From Acidobacteriota bacterium (lineage in GTDB: Bacteria > Acidobacteriota > UBA890 > WLXD01): a stretch of DNA of 64,000 nt. Within the stretch, counting starts at the first letter, position 1. Every line of letters starts with the position of its first letter. The translations under genes and the position numbers were made by a program. The DNA is taken from assembly GCA_965248695.1 (NCBI GenBank), contig CBDFKD010000002.1, positions 960,001 to 1,024,000 of the forward strand, in the 5' to 3' direction. The notes under the pieces were generated by a model. The model did no database searches. It was not told the origin of the DNA and worked only from the letters and a program-made list of their open reading frames with translations. Shown piece by piece: positions 38,680 through 48,020 of this stretch.

Positions 38680-39818
38680 TGGGCGGCAGCCACGGGCCGC
38701 AGCTCGGCGATCGTCTCGCTGACCAGCGCCAGACCCTGGCACGCCTTATCGATGTCGTAGCCGTAGCCGACGCGGATATAGTCGCCGATCCCGAAGTGTG
38801 CCCCCGGGGTAATGAGCACCGAGCGCTCGGTGCGCAGCTTCTCGCACAGCGCCGCCGACTCGATCGGCAGGTCGTAGGCGATCAGGCCGATAGCCGCCGC
38901 CGCCGGGGCGATCATGCTGAGCTCCTCGTGGCTGCCCACCCACTCCACCAGACGCGGAAGCTGCGCACGGACGATCGACTTGGAGCGGTCGAGGATCTCG
39001 TCGCGCTTGGTGGGTTCCATGGCGACGGGTGCCAGACGATCGGCGAGCAAGTTCGGCGTCAAGGTGGTGTAGTCGCGATAGCACATCAGCTGATGGGTCG
39101 CGGATTCCGGCGCCACGGTCCAGCCAATGCGCAGCCCGGGCATGGCGAATGCCTTCGACAATCCCGAGGTGACGACCACCTTGTCGTACCGACCCCAGAG
39201 GCTCGACCCGGTCTCACCCTCGACCTCGGCGCCGCGATAAATCTCGTCGCAAACGATCCAGGCATCGGCTCCTCGCGCCGCCTCGACGAGCGCTTCGAGC
39301 TCGGCCTCGTTGAGCACTGCCCCGGTGGGATTGTTGGGGTTGGTGATGACGATCATCCCTGTCGCCGGCGACACCGCCGCGGCGAGGCTGTCGAGGTCGA
39401 GCGCCCAGCGCGTGCGGTCGCCATCGGTGGATTCGACGAGATAGAAAGCGTCTGTGCGCTCTGCGCAAGCGCGCGCCAACCCCCAGGTCTGCAAGTAGTT
39501 GGGGATCATGCAGGCAACGCGGTCCCCCTCTTCGAGCAGCGCTTGAAGGGCGCTGTAGTTGGCCTCGGAGCCGCCGTTGGTGACCACGATGTTGGCGGCG
39601 GTGGCGTCGTCGTAAAACAACGCGACGCGCTCGCGCAACAGGTCCGAACCCATACCCTCCGGATAGCACAGCCGGGTCGAGGCGAGCTCCGCCAGCTCCG
39701 TTGGGGGCAGCAGATCGTTCACGGTCAACGGCCACACGCCGCTCTCGGCGATGTTGTATTCAACGGCGTGCTCGTAGAGCGACTGCGTGCGCTCCATCTC
39801 GAAACATTCGATCTTCAT
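38676..39818 (-). CDS. Class I/II PLP aminotransferase
   Basis: NPNNPTG, DEIY, SGLSKAFAMPGLRIGW. Confidence 0.9.
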   Translation of the reverse strand: MKIECFEMERTQSLYEHAVEYNIAESGVWPLTVNDLLPPTELAELASTRLCYPEGMGSDLLRERVALFYDDATAANIVVTNGGSEANYSALQALLEEGDRVACMIPNYLQTWGLARACAERTDAFYLVESTDGDRTRWALDLDSLAAAVSPATGMIVITNPNNPTGAVLNEAELEALVEAARGADAWIVCDEIYRGAEVEGETGSSLWGRYDKVVVTSGLSKAFAMPGLRIGWTVAPESATHQLMCYRDYTTLTPNLLADRLAPVAMEPTKRDEILDRSKSIVRAQLPRLVEWVGSHEELSMIAPAAAAIGLIAYDLPIESAALCEKLRTERSVLITPGAHFGIGDYIRVGYGYDIDKACQGLALVSETIAELRPVAAAQ

Positions 39819-39850
39819 CGCTCAACTCCTGGCGTTGGTTTCGCGCGCAG

Positions 39851-39859
39851 ATTCTAGCA
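39851..39859 (-). promoter_or_regulatory. Extended -10 promoter (TGcTAGAAT) for the aminotransferase-SDR operon
   Basis: TGnTAGAAT about 30 nt upstream of the ATG, followed by an AGGAG RBS. Confidence 0.45.
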
Positions 39860-39966
39860 GCCAGCCGTGCGCAGCAACTGGGAGAGGTGTCGGCTCGGCT
39901 TGGCGGGCCCCGGCGTTCCAATAGACTGGCGTGGCCCTGTCCGTCTTCGATGCGCGAGGTCTAGCC

Positions 39967-40677
39967 ATGAGCCCATTCACCGCCGAGATCGTCGGAACCG
40001 CGCTGCTACTCCTGCTGGGCGACGGCGTCGTCGCCAACGTCGTGCTGCGACGCACGAAGGGTGCCGAGTCGGGCTGGATCGTGATCAGTCTCGGCTGGGG
40101 CATGGCGGTGTTCGTAGCCGTGTTCGTCGTGGCGCGCTTCAGCGGCGCGCACATCAACCCGGCCGTGACCCTTGGGCTGGCGGCGGCGGGCAGCTTCCCA
40201 TGGGCGGACGTACCGGCCTACATCGGAGCACAGATGCTAGGCGCGGCCATCGGCGCCACGCTCGTGTGGCTGCAGTATCGCGATCACTTCGCCGCCACCG
40301 AGGACAGCGATCTCAAGCTCGCGGTCTTCTGCACCGGGCCGGAGATTCGCAATCCCGTGTCGAACCTCGTCTCCGAGGTGATCGGCACGTTCGCACTCGT
40401 GTTCGCGGTTCTCTACATGGCCAGCGCGGACGTCGGGCTCGGTGCCCTCGACGCCCTGCCGGTCGGCCTGCTGGTGCTGGCAATCGGGCTATCGCTCGGC
40501 GGCACCACCGGCTACGCCATCAACCCCGCCCGCGACCTGGGCCCACGCATCATGCACGCCTTGCTGCCGATTCCAGGCAAGCGTGACAGCGATTGGGGCT
40601 ACGCCTGGATTCCGGTGCTCGGGCCGGTGGCAGGTGGCCTGCTCGCGGCCGTCGCATATCAGGTACTTGGAGCCTGA
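39967..40677 (+). CDS. glpF: MIP aquaglyceroporin (glycerol facilitator type)
   Basis: SGAHINPAVT and AINPARD motifs. Confidence 0.88.
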   Translation: MSPFTAEIVGTALLLLLGDGVVANVVLRRTKGAESGWIVISLGWGMAVFVAVFVVARFSGAHINPAVTLGLAAAGSFPWADVPAYIGAQMLGAAIGATLVWLQYRDHFAATEDSDLKLAVFCTGPEIRNPVSNLVSEVIGTFALVFAVLYMASADVGLGALDALPVGLLVLAIGLSLGGTTGYAINPARDLGPRIMHALLPIPGKRDSDWGYAWIPVLGPVAGGLLAAVAYQVLGA

Positions 40678-40706
40678 ACGCCGGACGGCTGGGGCTTGCA
40701 CAATCA

Positions 40707-40731
40707 GACTAGATATAGTCATCATCTAGTC
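40707..40731. promoter_or_regulatory. Toxin-antitoxin operator inverted repeat
   Basis: GACTAGAT-N9-ATCTAGTC perfect inverted repeat immediately before the antitoxin ATG. Confidence 0.7.
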
Positions 40732-40989
40732 ATGACAATCGTGAACACGTCCGAGCTCAAAGCCAGACTCAGTGCCTACCTGGCCGCCGTTCGCGGCGGC
40801 GAGACCGTGGTGGTCTGTGATCGTCGGACCCCGATTGCTCGCTTGGTGCCGCTGGAGTCCCCCGCCAGTGACCTCGTTGTCGACGAGCCCAAACGGCGGC
40901 CGACCGAGATTGCGAACTACACGCCGGTACGTCTGCTGAAAGTGGTAGATCCTGTCGCAATCCTCCGAGAGGATCGCGATCAACGGTGA
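40732..40989 (+). CDS. Phd/YefM-family antitoxin
   Basis: SELKARLSAYL..VRGGETVVVCDR.TPIARLVP. Confidence 0.88.
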   Translation: MTIVNTSELKARLSAYLAAVRGGETVVVCDRRTPIARLVPLESPASDLVVDEPKRRPTEIANYTPVRLLKVVDPVAILREDRDQR

Positions 40990-41402
40990 TCGTCTACGTC
41001 GATACCAGTGTTGTTCTTCGCGTCGTATTCGGTCAGCCCGGGAGGATCGAGGATATGGACGCCTGGGAGGCCGCGTACAGCAGCGAGCTCGCGGGTGTCG
41101 AGGCGCGTCGAACGATCGACAGGCTGCGCCTCCAATCCGCGCTCGATGATGACGGCGTAGCCTGCGCCCATGAACAACTCGGTCAGATCGAGGAGGCGCT
41201 GGGGTCGATTCGCCTCACGCCGCCCGTGCTACGGCGCGCTGGCCAACCCATGGCGGTAGCCCTGCGAACCCTGGACGCGCTTCACCTGTCGAGCGCGCTG
41301 CTGCTCCGAGAGCAGCGCTACATGGCGCTCGTGTTCGCCACCCATGACGCGCGGCAGGGCCTCGCCGCCCGCGCCAACGGATTCTCCGTACTCGGCCTGT
41401 AG
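40986..41402 (+). CDS. vapC: PIN-domain toxin
   Basis: YVDTS, LRTLDALHL, FATHD; GTGA coupling to the antitoxin. Confidence 0.88.
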   Translation: MIVYVDTSVVLRVVFGQPGRIEDMDAWEAAYSSELAGVEARRTIDRLRLQSALDDDGVACAHEQLGQIEEALGSIRLTPPVLRRAGQPMAVALRTLDALHLSSALLLREQRYMALVFATHDARQGLAARANGFSVLGL

Positions 41403-41444
41403 AGCGCACGAGCTGCTGGCCGTCGTACCCTGCTGTCTGATATC

Positions 41445-41470
41445 TTGATCATCAATCTATTGATCATCAA
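41445..41470. promoter_or_regulatory. Tandem palindromic operator upstream of padR
   Basis: TTGATCATCAA at 41445-41455 and 41460-41470; each copy is a TTGAT-C-ATCAA palindrome. Confidence 0.7.
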
Positions 41471-41509
41471 GTGATCTCTCACCCGCAGAGCTCTTCGGCG
41501 AGGTTAGCC

Positions 41510-41908
41510 ATGGCGGATCGACCGGACCTGAAACCCGACCCTCAGACATATTTGCCGCTCACGGCGCTGTCTTTCGACATCTTGCTGTCGATGGCCAGCG
41601 GCCCGCTGCACGGATACGGGATCATCCAGGACATCGAGACGCGCGCCGGCCGGCCAATGAAATCCAGCACCGGGACGCTCTACCTGGCCATACAGCGACT
41701 GCAGCGCGACGGACTCATCCGAAGGTGCCATGCCGAGGGAGCTGAGAAACGGCGGCGGCTGTATGCGATGACCGTTCTCGGCGTCGCGGTCGCAGCCGCC
41801 GAGGCCGAGCGGCTCGCGGCGCTGGTGGGCAACGCCCGGGACAAGGATCTGTTGACTCATGCCGCGCTGACCGCTGCCCTGCAGTCGCCCCGAGGACAGG
41901 ACCGTTGA
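41510..41908 (+). CDS. PadR-family transcriptional regulator
   Basis: ILLSM..GPLHGYGI, GTLY.AI.RL...GLI, RRRLY. Confidence 0.88.
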   Translation: MADRPDLKPDPQTYLPLTALSFDILLSMASGPLHGYGIIQDIETRAGRPMKSSTGTLYLAIQRLQRDGLIRRCHAEGAEKRRRLYAMTVLGVAVAAAEAERLAALVGNARDKDLLTHAALTAALQSPRGQDR

Positions 41909-44661
41909 GCAGAACCTGGCTGCGGCGATTGTCACGACTGCTTCTCAGCAGCTACCCGCCGGCACTCCGAAGCGAGTATGCGAATGACGTCCATGAGACC
42001 TTCGTGCTTCGCTATGAGGCCGCGCGTCGGCGTGGCAGACGCGCCGCGGCGTCGCTTCTGGGACGCGAGGTACTCGGTTGGATGGGCTCGCGGACCGGAG
42101 CCGTGTCTGCAGGTGGCACGGGTACGCGGCGAGGAACCGCGCCTGACGGCAATCGCCATTCCCCGCCGCCTACGCCACATGGCGGAATGGCGCCGGCCTT
42201 CGACGGCGTGTTGCAGGACTTCCGCTTCGCCCTCCGGACGCTGATCAAAGCCCCCGCCTTCACCGCCACGGCGATCGTGGTTCTAGCGCTCGGTATCGGC
42301 GCCAACGCGGCGATCTTCTCGCTCGTCAACGCAGTGATCCTCCAGCCTCTCCCTTTCGCCGAGCCACACCGCCTGCTTTCGATCTGGGAAACGAACCCCG
42401 AGCGCGGGTGGCATCGTGCACAGGTCGCTGCCGCCAACTATCTCGACTGGGCGGCGGAGGCGCGGTCGTTCTCGGACATGGCGGCGAATCAAGACTGGCT
42501 CGACGACGTAGCGCTGACCGGCAGCGGCGAGCCCACGACACTTGCCGCAAACAGCATCACGTCGAACTACTTCCACGTGCTCGGCGTCGAGTTGGTTCTG
42601 GGCCCCGGCTTCACAGACGCCGACACCTGGAGTGGAGGCGAGCCCAAGGTGGTGATCTCGCATGAGCTCTGGCGAGGGCTGCTGGCTGGAACGGATGACG
42701 TCATAGGACGCCGGCTCACCATCGACGATGTGCCGCGCACGATCGTCGGAGTGGCGCCCTCGGGCTTCGACTACCCGCTTTCCGGCATCGACGTTTGGCA
42801 GCCGATGGAGTGGAATCCAGAGTTCCGCGACCTGGTCTTCTTCCGCCGCGCACATGGATTTCGAGTCGTCGGTCGCCTAACGCCAGATGCGACCATCGAA
42901 GCCGCCGAGACCGAGCTTGCCACGATCGCAAGGCGACTCGAGGATCGCCATCCGGAGACCAACGTGGCGATGGGCACGGGCGTGACGCCACTCCACGAGT
43001 GGATCACCGACGACACCCGGCGTCCGCTGGTGGTGCTGTTGGTTTCGGTCGGGCTGGTGCTGCTCATCGGCTGCGCCAACGTAGCCAGCATGCAGCTGGC
43101 CCGATGCAGTCAACGTCGGCGCGAGATGTCGGTACGCAGCGCCTTAGGCGCCGGTCGCGTCCGTCTTCTTCGCCAGGGCCTGACCGAGAGCCTGCTGTTG
43201 TCCATCGGCGGCGGAGCCGCCGGGCTGGCTCTCGGCGCCGCCGGCATGCGCATTATCGCCGCGATGGTCAACGACGAGATCCCGCGACTCGGCGGCGTTG
43301 CTCTGGACGGACGTGTCATCGCATTTACCATCGGCATATCGCTCGCAACGGCCGTACTCTTCGGAACCCTGCCCGCACTGCGCGCGGCACAGCCGGATCT
43401 GCGTCGCTCGCTAAGCTCGAACCGATCGTCCACCACGCATCGTGCGCGCCGCGCCGCGGCACTGCTGGTGGCAGCCGAGATCGCGCTGGCACTGCTGCTG
43501 ACGATCGGCACCGGGCTCATGGTTCGCAGCCTGGCGCACCTGCAACAGGTCGAGCTCGGCTTCGATCCCGTGAATACCATCGCGGTCGGCGTTTCGCTGC
43601 CGACGGCGCGCTATTCCGATGGAGAGGAGGTGACCGCGTTCTACGATCGGCTGCTGGAGTCCGTCCGCGCGCGATCAGGAGTGGAATCGGCCGCCCTGGG
43701 CACGCGGCTGGCTTTCGTCAACCAGCGCTGGAGCAGCGATTTCACCGTCGAGGGCTGGGCGGAGGATCAGTACGGCGTCGGCGTGCGGCACGACGAGGTC
43801 TCGTCGGATCTGTTCGAGACCCTGCGGGTACCACTACTGGCCGGACGCGACTTCAATGACGCCGACGCCACGGGCCCGTTGGTGGCGATAGTCAACCAGG
43901 CGCTCGCCGAGCGCTACTTCCCGGACGAAGACCCACTGGGCAAGCGACTCTGTTTCAGCCGCGCCGCCAGTGAGTGCGAGGTTCTGGAGGCCGACGCGGA
44001 GCGTGTTCACGAGATCGACAACTGGTTCGAGATCATCGGCGTGGTGGGCAACGTCCGCCGCGCCAGCCTGGCTGGTGAGGAAAAACCGAGCATCTACGCG
44101 CTGATCTTCCAGGATTGGACCCACAGCACCTTCGTGATGGTCCGATCCGAACGAGCAGCCGAAGACCTGGCGGTCGAGGTACGCGCAGCCATGCAGGAGA
44201 TCGACCCCAACCTGCCCCTGAGCTCGGTCCACGTCCTCGAGCAGGTTGTGGCCGACTCGGTGGCACGTGAGCGACTAGTTCTGCGACTGCTCGGCGCCTT
44301 CTCGACCGCCGCGGTGCTGTTGGCCGCTCTGGGTGTCTATGGCGTGATGTCGCAGACGGCGAGACAAGCTTCGCGAGAGATCGGGATTCGAATGAGCCTC
44401 GGCGCCCAGCGCGCGTCCATGCTGCGCGCGATCGTCGGGCGCGGGCTCGTACCGGTCGCAATCGGGATCGCCGTCGGCCTGGTTGCTGCCGCGACGGCGA
44501 CGCGAGTCCTCGATAGCATGCTGTTCGGCGTCGGCCCGATCGACCCGGCGACCTATGCAGTCACCGCTTTCGGGTTGCTCGCCATCGCAATTCTGGCGAG
44601 CTATCTGCCGGCACGCCGGGCCGTCTCGGTCGATCCGGCGATCGTGCTGCGATCGGAGTAG
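41905..44661 (+). CDS. Duplicated MacB/FtsX ABC permease (ADOP type), no adjacent ATPase
   Basis: QDFRFALRTL.K.PAF, LALGIGAN, CANVA, EIGIRMSLGA, PARRA..VDP..LRSE. Confidence 0.9.
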   Translation: MSRTWLRRLSRLLLSSYPPALRSEYANDVHETFVLRYEAARRRGRRAAASLLGREVLGWMGSRTGAVSAGGTGTRRGTAPDGNRHSPPPTPHGGMAPAFDGVLQDFRFALRTLIKAPAFTATAIVVLALGIGANAAIFSLVNAVILQPLPFAEPHRLLSIWETNPERGWHRAQVAAANYLDWAAEARSFSDMAANQDWLDDVALTGSGEPTTLAANSITSNYFHVLGVELVLGPGFTDADTWSGGEPKVVISHELWRGLLAGTDDVIGRRLTIDDVPRTIVGVAPSGFDYPLSGIDVWQPMEWNPEFRDLVFFRRAHGFRVVGRLTPDATIEAAETELATIARRLEDRHPETNVAMGTGVTPLHEWITDDTRRPLVVLLVSVGLVLLIGCANVASMQLARCSQRRREMSVRSALGAGRVRLLRQGLTESLLLSIGGGAAGLALGAAGMRIIAAMVNDEIPRLGGVALDGRVIAFTIGISLATAVLFGTLPALRAAQPDLRRSLSSNRSSTTHRARRAAALLVAAEIALALLLTIGTGLMVRSLAHLQQVELGFDPVNTIAVGVSLPTARYSDGEEVTAFYDRLLESVRARSGVESAALGTRLAFVNQRWSSDFTVEGWAEDQYGVGVRHDEVSSDLFETLRVPLLAGRDFNDADATGPLVAIVNQALAERYFPDEDPLGKRLCFSRAASECEVLEADAERVHEIDNWFEIIGVVGNVRRASLAGEEKPSIYALIFQDWTHSTFVMVRSERAAEDLAVEVRAAMQEIDPNLPLSSVHVLEQVVADSVARERLVLRLLGAFSTAAVLLAALGVYGVMSQTARQASREIGIRMSLGAQRASMLRAIVGRGLVPVAIGIAVGLVAAATATRVLDSMLFGVGPIDPATYAVTAFGLLAIAILASYLPARRAVSVDPAIVLRSE

Positions 44662-44671
44662 CTGTCGCCCG

Positions 44672-46818
44672 CTAGCGGGCGGCTGCGCTCCTGTGCGTCT
44701 CCCAGGCGATGCGCTGCAACGCCGTGGCGGTCTCGGGTTAAGGTCGACCAGGGTGACGTAGCGGTTCTCGTCAAGGTCACCGTCGAGCGAGGTGAACCGG
44801 CCGCGGATCATCGCCGGGGCCCCCACTGGGCTGCGGCCGGTCAGGGTCGCGTAGAGCGTCGCGGCGGTCAGGTACGAACCGGCCGGGGTCGGATGCGATC
44901 CGTCGAAAATGTACAGATCGGGAATGCCCTCCGTGGCATGCGCCCGCGCCCAGGCCCGACCGATCGGCGACAACTCGGCCCCGGTGTCGTCGGCGACCGT
45001 GCCGTAGGCATCGGCAAGGACCTCGAGCTGGGCTGGATAGTCTCGCCGCGCCCAGGTCAGAAAAAGCACCGGCCGCGCGTCGGTCGCCTGAATTGTCGAT
45101 ACCAGCTCACGGGCGGCGTTCAGAAACATCGTCGGATCGCCGATGATCGACACTCCGTCGACGTACGGTGGGCCCAGCCGACTCTGTCCCTGGACAACCA
45201 CCGCATCGAAGTCGCCCGCATCGATACGCTGGCGCGCGGACCCCTCGCCCAGGTGCCAGCGCAGCGTCGACGCGCCGCGCACGCTCATTTCGGTATCGAT
45301 CATCGGACCATCCTCGAGCGTGTGCGCGAAGCTCTGCAGGAGATCCGGCAGGTTGTTGACGTAGGTATAGCTGCTGCCGACGAACAGGGCGCGAACGGTG
45401 TCCTCACGCGCGGCCGAGCGGCGCAGCGGCGGTACCGACTCCGGGTCGACGAGCTCCGGAAGTGAGGCCAGCACCTCACCGACGAAGTCATCGGCGTCGA
45501 AGCCATCGCCGGGGGTCTGCCCCAGGCGCACGATCACCGCCCGGCGCGACGGAATGATGAACACGAATTGCCCCTCGAAGCCCGAGGCGATCAGCGCGTC
45601 GCGCGGCACGTAGTCGAATCGACCACCGGTGTTGAGCGCGAAGTGGACTCCGAGGCGCTCTTCTTCAGGTGGTGCCGCCGGGCTGCGGGTGTACTCGACG
45701 AAGCGCGGCAGGAAGATGCTCTCGCCGGCGAACCGGCCGTCGTCGAGGTACAGCATCCCGAAGCGGGCCCAGTCTCGCGCCGTGGCCCAGAAAAACGACG
45801 AGCCCACGAACGTCCCCGAGGGATCGGTCTCGAACACCGCGCTGCGCATGCCGATACGGTCGAACAGCGCCTCTCGGGGCCATCGCCAGTAAGCGGCATC
45901 GTCGGGAAAGAGTCCGCGGATGGCGCGCGAGATGATCGCCGTGGTGCCACTAGCGTAACTGGCGACCGACCCCGGCGCGTGGGCCAGCGGCTTCGCCGCC
46001 GCGAAGGCGCCCGAGTCCGTCTCCCAGAAGATCATTCTCGCCGGATCGGAGTCGGCCCCAGCGTAGTCCTCGTCCCACTGCAGGCCGCTGCTCATTCTCA
46101 GGAGCTGATCGAGGATGATCTCGTTGCGCGGATCGTCAGCGTCGTCCCACTCGGGAACATCGAGGCCCGCGAACGGCAGCAAACGTCCCTCGCTCATCAG
46201 GACGCCAACCAACGCGCCGGTGACGCTCTTGGCCATCGACCAGCCCTGCAGTGGCGTGTCGCGCGTGATGCCCGGTGTGTAGCGCTCCGCGACGACACGG
46301 CCATCGTGCACGACCACCACGGCCCGAGTGCGGCGCGGCTCCGAAGGGTCCGGCTCGTCGAACGCGTCGTCCAACGCCGCTTCGAGGCGCTCCGCGTCGA
46401 CCGGCGCCGCCGGAGGTCCCGACGGCTCCCTATCGCCCAGCGGCCACGGTTCGTTCGATGTGTCACGGGCGGGTGCCGCGAAGCTCTGAGCTTGCAGCTC
46501 GGCGACAGAGACGCCGTTGGCGAGCGCGCAACCGAGCCCGGCACGATAGACGGCCGTAGTGTCGATACCGGCAGATTCGATCACCGCGGTCACGGTGCGA
46601 TCTTGGCGATCGATGTCCACCTGACCACCCAGCTGATCGAACCCGGCGGCCTCTTCGCGGAACAGGCGCTCAGGCTCGAGTCCGGCGACGAACACCCCGG
46701 AGCAGACGCGCTTGGCGACGGCGCCGGTCATCGTGCGCGCCAGCTCGACGGGTACTTGAGCCGACGGCGCAAGAACACCTGTGAGCGCCATCAGTGCTGC
46801 CAGGATCGTCGGTCTCAT
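44672..46818 (-). CDS. Secreted class C serine hydrolase fused to an SGNH-like domain; apparent 1-bp frameshift near the 3' end
   Basis: WSMAK, YASG, SGFEGQ, then GSSYT and DGSHP; the alternative frame after about 44735 gives PETATALQRIAWETHRSAAAR* ending at 44672. Confidence 0.78.
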
Positions 46819-46821
46819 CGA

Positions 46822-47043
46822 TCAGTCCCCGTGCGCCCGATCGCCCTCACCGGCCAGATGCAACAACGTCTCGCGCGTGAGGTTCCCGACGCTCATCACG
46901 ACGACGATCGGCACTCCCAGGCAGGCGGCCGAAGATCGCGCCACCGGTAGAACGGGCGTGCGTCGAACGACGGCCGGAAGCGCCGCCTGCGCTGCCCGGA
47001 TCTCGTCGATCGTGACCAACCGGCCGGATGGGGGATCCGGCAC
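46822..47043 (-). pseudogene. Threonine/serine dehydratase remnant with large internal deletion
   Basis: N-terminal VTIDEIRAAQAAL..VVRRTPVL joined to C-terminal-like IVVVMSVGN (cf. VVVLSGGN); 73 aa, no PLP lysine motif. Confidence 0.7.
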
Positions 47044-47045
47044 GA

Positions 47046-48020
47046 TCAGCCGTCCATTCCAGCCTGCCGGCGGACATACCGCGCTGCCGACTCGTGGGTG
47101 GCGAACCAGGCGCCACCGCGCGCCTTGATGTGCTCGATCAGCCCCTTGAGCGCGATGATTCGCGACCGGTGCGCGATGATGTGCGGGTGCATGGTGAGCA
47201 GCAACATGGTGCGTTCCTCCCATGCGACGTCGAACTCGTCGATCCACACCTGCATGACGTCGCGTGGCGGGCTGTAGCTACCCCCGAGCGGATCGAACAG
47301 CGGCGCGTCGTCGAGAATCCACTCCACCGGAAGCTCGACCATGCCGGTGGGCTCGCCGTTCGCCAGCAGCTCGTAGGGCCGATCATCGGCCATCAGCGAG
47401 CTCTCGTACAGCAGGCCCATGTCGCGCACGATATCGAGCGTCGCCGGGCTCAGGTTCCACGATGGCGCCCGGTAGCCGACCGGCCGCGTTCCGGTGATCT
47501 CTTCGATTGCATTGACCGCCTGCTCGAGCAGCCGACGCTCGGTGGCCGCGTCGAGCAGCGTGTTGCGCTCGTGGATCCAGCCGTGCACACCGATCTCGTG
47601 GCGGCCGGATGCCTGGATGAGCCCCGCCTGCTGCGGAGCCAGCTTCAGGCTCCAGGCCGGGAAGAAGAATGTCGCCGGGATCTCCTCGCGATCCATCAGC
47701 TCGACGACGCGCGGCAGCGCAACCCGCGGCCCGTATTCGCCCTGCGAGAGAGGCCCGACGCTAAAGGTGCCGTCGCGCAGCCCCTCGACGGTCTCGTTGT
47801 CGACGTCGAACGACAGCAACACGGCGACCCGGGCGCCGCCGGGCCACTCGTCGGGCGTCAGATCACGGCCGGCGCGTACCCGGTTCACCCCGTCGCGCAC
47901 ATAGTCGTCGGTCCAATCCCATGGCGGTGCACCGTCCGTCGCAGGCTCCTGGGCGGCGGGGGCGGGCAAACAGGCGCTCAGCGCCAACGTCGTGGCCAAG
48001 ACCGCAATCGCTGTCCTCAT
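47046..48020 (-). CDS. Polysaccharide deacetylase family (PuuE/PgdA-like) lipoprotein
   Basis: LSAC lipobox; SFDVD, ATFFFP, HEIGVHGWIHE, GYRAP, TMHP. Confidence 0.85.
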   Translation of the reverse strand: MRTAIAVLATTLALSACLPAPAAQEPATDGAPPWDWTDDYVRDGVNRVRAGRDLTPDEWPGGARVAVLLSFDVDNETVEGLRDGTFSVGPLSQGEYGPRVALPRVVELMDREEIPATFFFPAWSLKLAPQQAGLIQASGRHEIGVHGWIHERNTLLDAATERRLLEQAVNAIEEITGTRPVGYRAPSWNLSPATLDIVRDMGLLYESSLMADDRPYELLANGEPTGMVELPVEWILDDAPLFDPLGGSYSPPRDVMQVWIDEFDVAWEERTMLLLTMHPHIIAHRSRIIALKGLIEHIKARGGAWFATHESAARYVRRQAGMDG

